64,000 nucleotides of DNA from Narcine bancroftii (lineage: Eukaryota), in assembly GCF_036971445.1 (NCBI RefSeq), contig NC_091476.1, forward strand, positions 148,676,001-148,740,000, read 5' to 3'. Under the pieces are notes generated by a model, which worked only from the letters and a program-made list of their open reading frames with translations, searched no databases and was not told where the DNA came from. Both the position numbers and the translations under genes were made by a program. Shown one piece after another: positions 12,201 through 27,200 of this stretch. Each line of letters opens with the position of its first letter. The first letter of the stretch is position 1.

Positions 12201-15200
12201 CATACATACACACAGTTTAAAACAGATCTTATTTGAAAGACTGAAGAATTACATTGCAAGATCTCTGGAGAATGTAAGCACCTTTCACAAGTAGGTATTA
12301 ATTGAACTGACCTCATAAAATGCTTGACCATTGTCTTGCTGGAGTCAAGCTATCGATCAGTACCCTTTCTGCAAAGTGCTCACAGAAAGGTCAATTCTGG
12401 ATTGTTTACCAAAGATAACAACAGATAGAGCAGAAGAAAGAACTCCTGTTGTTTGCTGGAGAAGATGGGGGTTTTGCAAGACATGAGTCACATGCTCTCT
12501 TTGGAGTTTCAGTTGGAAAAGAGAGAGAGTTGAGTTAACAGCTCAGTCAGTCAGTCAATGTGTGGGACACTGACAAGTAACTGAAAAGTGCAATTCAGGG
12601 AAAACTGTTTGAAACTGATGAAAGCAAGTTCCAGAGCAATAGATGGCTGGAAGTGCTATCAGTCTGACGTTTCTCTTGAAATAGAGGAAGGAATGAAACT
12701 CTGTGGTAGCTTGAAGAAAGAGGTTACCATCTAGAAGACCCTGATGGGGCAAGTTTCATCAGCAAGACCCTGAGGTGATTAGTGGTGGTACCTCAGTTGT
12801 GGAAATCCTGGAGCAACAAATATCTCTCTCTCCAAACCCTACAAGAACCTTCCTGAGCGGTAAACATTTATCTTTCAAGCACCAAGCTTGGTGAACTTTA
12901 CATGTTAAATTCTGTGCAACCAGAGAACTTGGAAGAAGGAAAAGTGAGATTGAACTGTGAACCAAAGAACTTTTCTTGAATTTACCTCCACATTACATAC
13001 ATGTGCGCTTAAAATTAGAAGGGGGTTATTTGGGTTAGTTAATTATAGAGTTAAGTTAAAGTTTGATTCTATTTTCATGTTTGAAGTTGATTAAAAATAA
13101 CTTTTGTTTTGAAAGCCACTTGTCTTGGTGAATGTCTATTGCTGCTGGGTTTTGGGCTCGTAACACTAGACAAAGCACTGATTCATTTGCTCGTCTTCCA
13201 ATCTTGTCCACTGCATTTAGTTTTCACAGTGTGACCTCTTCTACATTTGAACTAACAACCACAGATTGGGTGATTGCTTTGCAGAACATCTGCACTCATT
13301 CCATAACCCCTGAGCTTTTGCTGCTCTGTCCATCCCACTCTGACCTATCTTTCTGTGGCCTCCTGCATTGTTACAATAAGGCCAAGTGCAAATTTGTGAA
13401 ACATCACCGCTTTTTCTGCTGATCTCAAATATTAGATTCTTCAAATTTAGATAACACATTTTCTTTCTGTCTATATCAGAACTGGTGTTGTTCATCTATC
13501 TGTCATTTTAGTCAGTTTTTCTCTTATCATTAGTATAGCCTGACTAGCTGGGCATGTCTCCCAGACCTGATATCAGCAACAAATACTAAAGGCAAACAAA
13601 CTATGAAAATCCAACCCATTTGAGTTGGTCCCAACCTACCTCAGATATTCTCTATGCCCTATCCATCACTCATGCCACTTCCTCTGTAATTTAAACTTGC
13701 AATTTATTTGTCTCCCTGTTCTGTAAAGAGAACCTGACCTGAAATGTTAACTCTGCATCTCTTTCCAGAGGTCCTGCCTGACTTGCTGAGCAATTCTTCT
13801 GTTCTGACGTCTTCTTCAAACTATTCTTTTCTCATTCTAAAGCAGTTCATTCAATTTTCTGAAGTGACTTCACTGCTTTAGTGAAAAGTTTAATTTTACT
13901 AAGATATAGACCTTATTCTTGTTCCATATCAATATTTATATAACATCTCTGGTGGTATGAATAGAGTGAATAAAGTTACATGGTTGACATTCAATACATC
14001 TAGAGTATTCATGTAATTATCTATTATGAATGGTATATAAATCACTATTTTGTATTGCCATTTCATCTGGTGGAAAAACAAATACAAATCCCCAATAGAT
14101 CTCCCAACTTTCTGGTTTTGAACAGGACAAAATCTGTGTTCATATTAATTTTTAAACATGTTACCTTGATACTGTAGTGCTATTTGCATTTTAATTGGAA
14201 GCCCCATTTTTTCTGCTTTTCTGTCATGTTTTATAATGTGGACACTTCATATGTGCTTACAGATTATTGTTTAGCAATTTTGTTTTAATAACACCATATG
14301 TTATATTGTTTCCCATGGTAGGATAGTCAAGGACAAGAGGGCACAACTTCAGGATTGAAGGCCACCCATTTAAAATGGAGATGTGGAAGAATTTCTTTAG
14401 CCAGAGAGTGGTGAACCTCTGGAATTTGCTGCCATTGGCAGCTGTGAAGGCCAGATCATTGGGTGTATTTAAGGCAGAGATTGATAGCTATCTGAATAGT
14501 CAGGGCATCAAAGGTTGTGGGGAGAAGGCAGGGAAGTGGGGCTGTGGGAGAATGGATCAACTCATGATGGAATGGGGAGCTGACTTGATGGGCCCAATGG
14601 CTGACTTCTGCTCCTACATCTTATGCCCTTTTAATAAACCTTGAGAGATTCCCTTTTGACTTGGGAATTATATAAATATTGTCACATTCATTCTCAGTAT
14701 CATTTCTTTATATTATAATGTTCATTTTGCAGTTTTTGGCATTTCATTGACTAAAATTGAGTCATCATTTGTAAATGGTTAATATCATTTGAATGGACAT
14801 TATAGTTATATCTAATTGATCTGTGTGCCCAGGTATTCCCACAGATGGAAAGAACAGAAGAGGGTGGTACAGTTAGTGCAGCGTTTAGCACAATGCTATT
14901 ACAGTGCCAGTGACTTGAGTTCGAATGCAGCGCTTTTTGTAAGGAGTTTGTATGTTCTCCCCATATCTGTGTGGCTTTCCTTCAGGTGCTCTGGTTTCCT
15001 TCAAAGCATTCAGGGGTTGTCAGATAATTGGGTGTATTATGCCGTATGGGCTCATGGGCTGAAAGGGCCTGTTACCATGCTGTATGTTTTTAAAAAAAAT
15101 GTAATCGCAAGGATAGTACTGAAAACAAGGTGAGGGAATTTTTAAAAATCAGATTGCACGTTTAACATGATGAGCATTAAAAAAATTGTCACAAATATTT

Positions 15201-18200
15201 CAGCTTTTTTTGCAGCACATTTCATAGTTTACCATTGATTCATTCTGTACAGGGAAAGTTGATAGGGTTAACCTAAACTTCCATTGTACTGTATTCTGTG
15301 TATGTTCTGCAAGCTAGTTGAAATTCCTTTTGCAATGGAACCATTGTATTCCTTTGAGTAACCCATATCCATCAACCATACCCAACTTTCTTTGAATTTG
15401 ATTATGGGTTAATGGATACATGAATATTGGCATCTCTAGCTGTAGGGGCATTTGATTACCAGATTGTATGAAATACAAAATTCTTAATAATGGGCAAGGC
15501 TGTAACTACTCCTCAACAATCTTTCCAACTCAAATTTATTGTATGTGAATATTCAATCTCCAAATAAACAGTACAAAATTCTATATCTGTTTTAAATTAA
15601 TAATAAGATGAAATTGTTTCCTCCTCAATCTTATATTTAGAAATCTATTACAGAATGCTAACAACATATAACTGTTTGCTGTGATTCCCTATGTCAAAAG
15701 AATGAAAACCTCTGGATTTGAGAGGTTTAACTCTCTTGAAATAAGAAAAAAAAACCCTTACCACATATTTTAACCTGTAATTTGTCTGCAATTAGATTCA
15801 TTGTTTTGAAGTTAGCAGTATAATAATAATGATCCTTAACCGGATCTGAAGCAATTGTCCTCAATTCTTCCTCAAGTGCATTTCCCACTCCAATCGCAAG
15901 CATCTTAATTCCTAAAAAAGGCAAAACATTAATTATTGATTGCATTTTGAAAATCTTTTTTGATACGTAGGAGCCGATGGGCATTGTTGTATAGTTAATA
16001 TTGTAACACGTATCTGACATTGTTCTGCCACAATAATAAAAAATGAGGCTCAAAAAGATCACACGACGTAGAAAAATTTAAATGATCTTGTGCCATGCAA
16101 TAATTAAATAGATATTTCCGCTGAGCTGACAGAACCGAATGTTCCCAAGCCCAATTCCTTACCTGTGTGCAATTAACTACATTTTTTTTCTGGAGAAGGA
16201 ACAGATGTTAATTTTTGTCTCCCTCAAACAAGGAAGAGAAGGGAACTGTTGTGGCATAGTGGGGCTTTAATCTCAGGTTGATCAGCCAGCCATAATTTTC
16301 TATGTCCAGTTTGCCGATGGATACCATCTTCATTGTCCACGAACAATGTTGCCACAAATAAGATTCAACCTTATAATTGACTCTCTCAATGTACTAGCTA
16401 TTGTAAATAATGGAATGCACTGAAATGTATAATGGGGCAGATTAGCACAGTGAGAACTGGTTTACCCAAAGTAGCTCTTTCCTCAGGCAGCTATTAACTG
16501 AAGGGAAGAGTTAATTGTAGGGCTGGGGAGTGGGGGGGGGGGGGGGGCGGGTGGGGTGGGGGGGGGGGAAAGAGAGAGAATCTCACATTGCTCTCACAAA
16601 TTTTGTGATATGGAGCTCAAATGAGAAATTCAAAGGAAGTTAGGATTAGGCTTGCATTTAAAATCTTAATTGTAAACAAATACTAGCTAATGGGACTTCA
16701 GCAAAGCAAGGGGAAAGTATCATCACAGTTTTCATACAGAATATACATTTTACAGCATAGTACTGTCCTCGTGCTGGATTTTTGACAGGTCTATCTAATT
16801 ACCGTAAAATCCTCAGTATCCAGAATTCAAGCAACCAGCAAAAAATTTGAGGAAACAAATAAGTAAATAAATTGAAATAAAAAAAACATTTAAAATTGTA
16901 AAAATAGATGTTCTCTGAAACAACATACAACCCCATGGTGAAGACGACTGACAATATTCAGCCAGCAGAGTGCCCCGGTTGTGCGACTGTTCGAATAGTT
17001 TCAATAAAGTTGTGTTTGAATAAAATGGTGGTGCCCTTGATGAAGAGCTGGCCGATGACTCACCCAATGTGTCTCCCTGTCCCTGCTTTGTAAAATCTTT
17101 TTTAGTATATTATTAAGTATATTAGTAAGGCTCTCTCTGTAAAAATGTGGGGGGGGGAGGGTGTTAATTATGACATCAACACGGTTAATGTAGCAGTTAG
17201 TACAACGCTGTTACAACTCCAGCAACCCGGGCTCCAATTTAAATTCTGTAAATTATGGGAATTGCCTGATTAAAGTAAATTTTACATAATTAAAGACTAC
17301 AATACTGATTTTTTTTGTCAAATTACGTTAGATTTTACACTGTGTTTTGTTTTTTAAACTTTTTATTCTTAATATAGGTGTATTAGTTAGGCATTGTAAG
17401 AGTGTGCCTCAGAGAACCAGAAAATTCACATATGTGACAGCTGCAATCTCCATAAGTGCCGGATAATGGGGATTCTAATGTAATTCTATTTCTCAGCTCT
17501 TTTCCCATCCTCCTGCAATTTCCTCCCACACAATGAGTGTAGGATACAGTAATAAGGACTTTTTTCAGTGTTACCTTGATCTTTAATCTTTTGAGCATAA
17601 TTATTAATATAATCCTGTGAGCGTCCATCAGTAAAAACAATTCCAACTTTTGGAATATTTTCTCTTGCTCCTTGAGATGGGACAAAAACCTTTTCGGCCA
17701 GATGTTGCAGAGCCAGGCCTGTCATTGTTCCTCTCTCCATGTACTCCATTTTCTTGACTGCAGCCTTAATACTTTGTTTTGTTTTGAACTTGTTGAGGGG
17801 GAATTCTGTCCTGACTGAACTCGAGTATTGAATAAGAGCAACACGTGCTTTCTGGTCACCGACATCTAAGGAGTCAACAATCTGATTGATGAATTTTTTC
17901 ACCAGTTCAAAGTTTTCCGGTCTCACACTCTTTGATCCATCGATAATGAAACCTACATCCACAGCTCCTGAACTGCAAGCTGCAAGAAAATTAAAAGCAA
18001 CCATTAATAAAGGAAGAATTGAAATTTCTGTCATAGCGTTCACATTTTCAGGACCAAGGACAGCAGGCACAGTAGAGATACAAGTTCCAGCTTAGAAGAA
18101 TAGTCCATTCTTAAAAGAGCCAGCTCTTCTTTGAAAATAAACCAATAATAAGATATTTTAAAATTAAAAAGAGTCTTTGCTTAGCATTGATAGCCTAGTC

Positions 18201-21200
18201 TACATTGCCTGGTTTACAACAATAAAGAAATTCCTGTTATGTGTTTTTTTTTTAAGTGAATAGCACTTTGTAAGTATCATTTTATTTGGAATCTAAGGTA
18301 TTAATTGGGAATTTTATAATATTTAGATTAGATAACAGAAATGTACAATCTTTTTTTATAGAAGCTGTTAAATGATATGAACGAGCTAAAAGGAATAGTT
18401 ATCATCTTATTCAAGCAACGTTCACAACATTTACTGGATATTTGCACTACAAATGTAAGTGTAAAGTTGTGTTCAAGATTCACCTGTTATCAAATTCAAA
18501 TTGCATGTCTTGTAGGAACTATATTACTGAGTACATTCTGGTCTTAGAGTGCACATGATAAATATGGTGATAAATGGAATTGGGCACTTCATTCATGATG
18601 AGTCTAATAGTTATAAACAATTCCTGGAAGAAAAAGTCAGTGTTGAGGAAAAGTTATTTGGGATATTAAAGATATTCAAAGATTGGATGAAATTAAAAAA
18701 AATGTTTTCTATCAACAAATGCTGCAGGCAGTATAGTACTGATTCAGATTTTTGAGGAAAAGTGAATTTACACAGAGGATGATATAGCAGAGTACAGTAC
18801 AGAGAACAATGTTACCTTTCATAATCTGACCATTAAACAAATACTTGCATACAGGGATCTTCTTTGGCTTGGCTTCGCGGACAAAGATTTATGGAGGGGG
18901 GCAAATGTCCACGTCAGCTGCAGGCTCGTTTGTGGCTGACAAGTCCGATGCGGGACAGGCAAACACGGTTGCAGCGGTTGCAGGGGAAAATTGGTTGGTT
19001 GGGGTTGGGTGTTGGGTTTTTCCTCCTTTGCCTTTTGTCAGTGTCATTCATTAAATGTAAACTTGTGCAATCATCTTAAATTTTGTTTGTTAGAGTACTG
19101 GATAAAGTTGAACAGACTAATGGCTTGGTCCTATATTTATGTATCTTATGTAAGTTGATGTGTGGGTTACTTCAATATACAGTTAAAAAAAAAATCCTAT
19201 ACAGAATCAAGACTTACTGCCACATGTTCGTCCATCTGGATTTAATGTAAATCCTTCATTGCAGTCACATTTATAAGAGCCAGGAGAACTCACGCAGATC
19301 TGCTCACAATCATGATCCCCACTTGCACAGAGATTTGCCACTGAAACACAAAATTCAAGCAGTTTCATTTAACATCAAGAAAATATAAGGAATTTCTGAA
19401 TGGAAATTTGGCCATAAAGAATTTCAAGAAGACAATTTGATTCTAAAAATATATTTTTTGCATATGCCAAAATTTTCTACTATTGCATTTCCACTCATCC
19501 TGCACCAATAGAACCTCAGTTCCCTGGTATCTAGCTTCTCTTGCATTCATTTCTTTTCCATGAAAATTGCTTGCTACATTATCTAACAAACCATATCCAC
19601 CAAAGCCTCTTCTGATTGTACCTCTTCCAATGGCCTTGTGGCAGAGTGGCTAAATCAATTTTAAAAAATGGTTTCAGCTTAGTATCTCACCCCCTTAATG
19701 ACATTTCTATTTTGTGTTTCATAAACGTGATCAAAATCTCCTAATTCTTATCCCTGTTGTGTCATCCATTTTAAGCCTAATAGTCCCAAGGAAATTCCCT
19801 ATCCAAATCTAATGTCGAAAGTATTTAATTCAAAAACATTTATTCTTCCAAAACTCCGAGCACTGTTTCATGTTAGTTTAGAATTACAGTGACCTTTCAG
19901 AGATAAGAATGATTTTGATAAAGGCCAAAATATTTCCATGAACAATTACATAATAATGAAAAGATTTGTCACAAATTGTGTATTAAAAAAAAAATCAGAT
20001 GTATACCAATCAATTTATAGGTTATACTTTGAAGAGTGGGAGGAAACCAGAGACATGAAGAAAACCCAACGCAGACACGGGGAGAATTTACAAACTCCTT
20101 ACAAGCAATGCAGGATACAAACTGACTTACTGATATCAGTTAAATCAAAGATAAATTGTGGACCCAGTATTTATTTTAAGGATATTATGCCGTTAAAATT
20201 TACCAAAAATAGTAAACACATAGCCAGTCTCATGAATTTTTTTGAAAAATAGATCAGCTGAATTGCAACAAATTATTTGAAAAGTTACTTTCTTTCCCAG
20301 TGCACCTGAAATTCTGGTTGTAAGGACAACAACGAAGCATAGTTCAAGGATAACCAACTCTGGGAGAAAATACTTTTAACTGCAGGGTGTAATGGATGAC
20401 TGTAAAAGATTAAGAATCATTGGGTATTTCATTGTGTAATATTTCTTTTGATCCAGTTTCCATAACTTCTTATGCCACATGTTTAGATTTTCCTCTCCTG
20501 CTCTGTCTCAAAATGCAAATTTGATGGTTACTCAAGGCTACAAAATCAAAAGAGGTTAAATTATTGATCCAAAATTTCTTGAATCTTCAATCCAAGTTTC
20601 ATTGCATTGAGTTAGCATATTTAGTGTATGCCTTTTTTTCTGGTTTAAATTTTATTAAGCTCCTTTCAATAAATATATACAAATTATGTTTGTATACAAT
20701 CACAAGATCACAAGATATAGGAGCAGAAGTAGGCCCATTGGCCTATTGTGTCTGCTCTGCCATTCTAATCATGAGATGACCCATCATCCCACTCAGCTCC
20801 ACGCCACTGTAACCCTTGATATATGTCTGAAAAATATTGGGGATTAAGATTTGCAATAGTCCAAGTTCAGTGTGAACACCAGCCCAATATTGTTAGTCTT
20901 TTTTTAATTTCACAGTCATGAGCGTGAGATAGGTTTTGACTGCTGCCCAACAGGAATGACAACTTTCTATATCCTTTGCTGCTTTACTCACCACAAAAAG
21001 CTTCCTTAAACTTTTTGGAAAGTTTTTCTATGGCACTGTAGCTTTCCACATAGTCCAAATGGTCTTCCAGTGGCTCACTTGCAATCTCACGCAGGGAGTT
21101 CAGCTCTGCCCTGCCCACACCAATAGCAAAGATCTCAATGCCATTCTGTTTGGCATGTGTGGCAGCATCTTGCACTTGATCCTGGGGTCGGCCATCAGTC

Positions 21201-24200
21201 ACGATGATGGCTACCTTGTGGCAGAATGGGCATAAATTTGGTCAGTTTCTTGCATTAATAACAAGTGAATGGCTGATTTCATTTACATTTCAGAATAAAG
21301 CAAATCAAGGTAGACAGTTACATCAGTATTTGTAATGGTTATGAAATCCTAATTACAAAATGTCTATAGTGTAATTTTAGATAATGTTTTTCTGAAGTGT
21401 TTAACAGAATAAAACAGGCATTAACAATGGGTATTGTCCTCAAGAAGAAAACATATTTAATCAGGCTAAATGTACAAAATCTTTCACAGTTATGACACTT
21501 TTGTTATATTTCTCTATTGGAGATCTTCTAATCAATCTAATTTTGAAGCATGCTGGAGTAATCTGTTTCCACAATATAAAACTTGAAAGTTGTGAAAGCC
21601 AGAATTAAAACTTAAAAATTGCATTAGTAGTAGTGTGGAGACACACTTACCAACAAGCAAACAGCTCCAAAAATGGCAGATGTGCTGTGGAAAACGCAGG
21701 AAATTGACCTGCATCCAACACAGGTTATTTTTGGCCTGATAACATCACTAATGATGTCACTTCCTGTCCATGTGACAGAAGCAATGATGTATATAAGCCC
21801 AGCATGCAAGCCTGGAGGAGTCACTCTTGCACTAGACTGCACAGTGTATATATCAACTCGACAATGTGTACAGCAATGTCTATAGTAGCTCAATATAGAA
21901 TACTTTGGTGACCCCCGACGTGGAAACTTTTTCTTTGACATATGCCATGGTTCTGAAACTACCAACATTTTGAACTTCACAACTATGTGTATGGTTTGAC
22001 CAAGCAGAAGCCCAATTCCAGTTGAAGCAGATAACATCTGATTCCATGAGGTACCTACTATGTAGTAGGTGCTGTCTCGGATTAAGACTAAGTTTCCAGT
22101 TTTCTGCAGCAGCCACCAGAGGAGGACAAGTAGATGGCGCTCAAGAGCGCTCATCCATACCTTTGGTCTCTCACGATGTGAGTGAATGGCCCGTTTACTT
22201 CACTTGGATAGCTTGGGAGACAGGACTCCCTTCTGTACTCATGAATGAAATGCTGGCACTAGTGGAAGGGCATAGGTCCTGCCTCACCTTTGAGCAGGCT
22301 TTCTTGGAGCAGTTGCCAGAAGATATCCACATGCTGATGGGGATTTCAGTGACCCATGGAGAGTCGCGGCCTGTGCTGAATTCTATGGTGGGCTTAGCAA
22401 GAAACCACGACGTCCATAGGACAGGTCACCAGATCCAACTCACAAGAGCAGGACTGTGCAACCCCAATATTAGACTAGCAGCAGGGTCAACTAAATCCGT
22501 TGTCAGACCACCAGTCATCCAGGAGACAATAGGACGAAGATAGAACCCATTGGTATTTCTACCCTCAGCTCACTGCTGCCGACCTCCCTGTGCATTTCAG
22601 GGAAAACACCAGGGCCAGCTATTGCTCATGGCTGCAGCAGCTGATCATTGAGACAGCCTTTTATATGTCTGGGATAAATATTCCGGCTGGCGTTTCTTGG
22701 TGGATACAGGAGCTGAGATCAGCGTGCTTCCCCCTTCATGGCATGACACGTAACAGAAAACCCGGGCCATCATTGAAAGCTATAAACTGCAGTACTATCC
22801 AGACATTTGGCACACATAGGATCCCACTAAGTTCACATGGACATTGACATTGGCCGTGGTTGCACAACCGCTACTGGAGCTGATTTTCTCAGAGTACATG
22901 GCCTGAAAGCATATGTTGGCATGAAGGCTCGTTCACCAACACTTTCCAGACCTTCGCCCTAAGTGAGGCCAAGCTGCCAGCCCCGTGTTTAGACTCTGTT
23001 ACTCTTTCGGAGAATAAATTTGCCAGTTTGTTGGCAGAATTCCCCACAATTATTATGCCACAATTCATCTCGGCGATGCCAAAACATGGAGTGCAGCACC
23101 ACATACCAACCAAAGGGCACTGCTGCCTGCCCTAGCTCACAGGCTCCCTCCAGGTAAACTTCATCTGGCCAAAAAGCAGATTGAAAGGATGGGTATACCA
23201 ATATATGGGTATTGGTCCAATAGCTCCTGGGCCTCCCTGCTCCACATAGTACCCAAGGCTACAGGCGGATGGAGACCTTGCAGTGATTACCGCAGGTTGA
23301 ACGAGATTACTGCACCAGATTGCTACCTGGTACTGCAATTGCAGGACTTCGCATCCAAACTGTAGGGAACTCGTACATTTTCCAAGGTGGACCTGGTCTG
23401 GGGGTATCAACAGATCCCAGTTTACCTGGATGGCATTCTAAAAACAGCTATTATTACACCCTTTGACCTTTTTTGAATTCAGAAGTATGTCTTTTGGGCT
23501 CAAGAATGCTGTGCCGACTTTCCAATATTTAATGGACAGAGTGGGATGCAATCTTGATTTTAACTTCAGATACATAGAGGACGTACTTATTGCTAGCCAC
23601 AGTCATCAGGAACATCTGTCCCAACTGCACAAGCTTTTCATTTGTTTGAATGAGTTTTGGCTGACCATCAATCCAACCAAGTGTTAATTCAGGTTAGTAA
23701 CCATTGACTTTCTGGGCCATAGAATCGACAAACACAGAGCAAAAATCACTACTGGCAAAGGTCGAGGCGATCTGGGCATTCACTAAGCCCAGTACTGTTA
23801 AAGGCCTCCAGGAGTTTGTTGGAATGGTGAACTTTTATCGCCAATGAGTCCGGCAAGGCAAGGATGTCACTTGAGACTAAGAATCTTCTGCAGCATTCAA
23901 CAATGCCAAGGAAGCGCTGGCTAATGCTGAAATGCTGGTCCACCCAAGAACAGATTTCCTCACAGTGAATGCATCCAGTACGGCAGTAGGAGGGGTCCTT
24001 GAATAGTACATCAATGGGCATTGGAAACAATTGGGTTTCTTTAGCAAGCACCTAGGACCACCAGAATTGAAGTACAGTGCTTTTGATAGAGAATTGTTGG
24101 CACTGTATCTAGCTATCAGATATTTCAGGTACTTTCGAGAAAGCAGGCATTTCACAGGTTTTATGGATCACAAGGTATCAGAATGGCATTGAGCAGAGGA

Positions 24201-27200
24201 AATCAGGTTTTCTGATTGAACGAAGGTATCTGCCATTCAACGCTGCCATCTACTACTGTCCACCCCAACATACCATTAAAGACGACATCTTTAATGGATG
24301 TCAGTTCCTGTCCATTATGACCTCATTAGTTTAATTTTTTTTAAAAAATAACGTTTTCTTAAAGCATTTTGTGTAATTTCATTCAATATCGTGCAGACTT
24401 ACCTTGTCAAACATTTTCACACAGCACATTCATTATGCTGTACTCAGACGGTCCTCCTCCAGAACGACAACAGGAGTCTCTTTGTATTCTTTCAGTTTCT
24501 TTAACCATTTGAAATAAATCCTTTTTTAAAGCTTGATTAAAGTCACATGAGAACCAGAATTCTCCGAAAATGTCGCTTAAGAGAAATCTATGGCACAATG
24601 ACAACTGCAAGGTAGCAGGACGTGTTACAGAGTAACACAGAAAACTTGAATTTATGGTCAAGGTTAATTCCTGAGCATTCTAATGAAAAGCAATCACCCT
24701 GTACTACTAATTCTGTTTATTTCACCACGTACTGTAGATGGAATAACTTACTTTCCTTGTTCTACTACAAGTTTTAATCTCTAGCATGAATGTTCTACCT
24801 GTTCGGCGACTTGGGTTTGGATGTATCAGTGGTGGGCTAGAAGCACAATGGCCATGCAGAACTGAAAGATCAGCTATGATCTCAATTACAAGGCCAACTG
24901 TCCTGCTCTAATTCTTAATTTTCCTTAATTTATTTTAACCAATTCACATTGAGTTATTTTTATGTCCATTTCAATGATCCTGTGACCCACTGTAAATGAT
25001 CAGTGTATTTATTGATTTATCACACAGGTGATCTTCGGTTGAATCTTTATTAGAGAATTAAATACACTGATTGAGTGCATCAAATTTGGTTATCTTGGAC
25101 TTTACATTACAGAAAACTTCTGGTATCTGGAATTCAAGAAATTAGCAAAATGAAATCAAGGAAAATAAATTTAAAAAATTAAAATAAATAAGAATAAAAT
25201 AATAGGAAAAAATACATATTTAAAATTGTAAAAGTAACTGTTCTCTGAAGTAACAGGGGTGACCAGCCATTTTAATTTTTAATTTAGACATACAGCATGG
25301 TAACAGGCCATTTCGGCCCACAATTAAGCTACCCGGTACATACCCGTGGGCCAAAATTAAAAGGTTGGCCTCCCGTGACATAAACTTTTGGTGAAGATGG
25401 GAGAAAATATTCAGCTGGTGGAGTGCCTTGGTTGTGGTTTGTTTGTAGCAGCTGTTTGAATAAAATTGTGTAAAATAGCAATGGTGTCACCGAGGCTGAA
25501 GAACTGGTTGATGTTGTTCACCGTTGGGGGTGACCCTCTTAAAGTGACTTCTTAAATATGCTTATTAAAAGTCACTCCAGTTAGAGGCTTAATTTGTAAA
25601 TTGGGATGGGTTATTTATCTATAATATTATTGTTCATCTTTCGGGCAGCTCCATGCTGGGGAGGAACCTGCAGATGCAGCGATGGTTAATGTTTTCAAAG
25701 AATGTGACTGAAAATAAATTAAAATGCTTTTAAGGTTTATATAATTCATCCACATGAAGTTTGCTTAGTGTAAATACAGTATAGTTTTTTTTGTCTTTTG
25801 TTTTTTAAACTGTTTATTCTTAATGCAGGTGCATTAGTTAGGCATCATTAGATTAAATCTCAAGCAACCAGAAAATACACTTATCTGGCATCCACCAATC
25901 CCCAAAGGTGCCACATACCAGGGGTTTTACTATGTAGCAGAAGCAGTGTAGAAGATACCAGACTTCAGAACATGCCATTTGATGAAGATGGAAACTCTAA
26001 AAACAGTCAAACTAAATGGATCAGACCTTTGGTACCAATGAATAATAATAAATTTATTTTTGATCAAGTAAAAAGATGATTAAAATATTACTGTTCAAAT
26101 AAGTTCTTCAAAACAAAAAGTTTACTCATTTACCTTATTGACGCCATTGGGTTTCACTCGTGCCCTGCTAGCTTCGCTGAAAGCAATGTTGGCTGCAAAT
26201 TTGATGGCCAGGCCAGTCATGGTGCCAGAGGAGAGTGGCTCGATCTGGGAAACAGCTCGTAGAAGGCTGGCCTTGTTGTTGTGTGCTTGGAGGGTGAATT
26301 CATGTTTGATAGTACTGGCATAGTTGACCACCCCAACCCGGGTGGCATTTGGGCCAATGTCAAGGGATTCGATTACCTGGGACACAAACACTTTCACCTG
26401 TTCAAATTCATGAGGCCGAACACTCCGAGAGCTGTCAATAATGAAGACCAGATCAGTTGGTTTCGTTCGGCATAGACCTGCACGAAAGAGAAAGTAATAA
26501 AGAAGGAACTGATAGAAGGCAAAAGATTGATGCAAACAAAAATGAGAGATGGCTGGAGAAAAACGAATACTATTTAGCATGAATCAAGTGTCAATTTTGC
26601 AGCATTTGTTAGATGTTTGTCTTGTAGGTAGTGGTATACTTTTTAAACTACATTCTTATGGCATAGAAGCAAAAGGACAACTCTTAGCAACATTAGTGTA
26701 TCCGATTGTTTAGTGTTGCACGTGCTCAGGCACATTACTGTAGCAGTTATTCAAACACTGTACTCAACAAGAACCAGCTGGTTCCATTGACTTTACCTGT
26801 GACCCTTACACAGAAGAGTATTTTGTTGAGTGCAGTAAATGTCCATCCACATCATGCCAATTGTTACATGATGGCTTTATAGGAGCCTGGATTTTCTGAG
26901 CTTTATTTCTGACTCTTTCTATTTTCTATCTTTCTACATTTTAACGTGTGAAACAATTCTTTTAGTTAAAAACAATTACAGCACATTATTTCTGAAAATT
27001 ATGGTTGTGATTTTTCCAAAAATCTATTGGAAAAATGGGAGAAAAATTGTTTGATGAAATATATGAATAACATGTAATTAAGAAAGTAAAAAAAATACAC
27101 TTTAAATAACTTTGTCGCTTACTGCACCAATATTTTGAGAGCATTGTTGGAGTACTGCCAATATATTTAGCAAACAATTGCTTCCTTTACTCATTATAAT

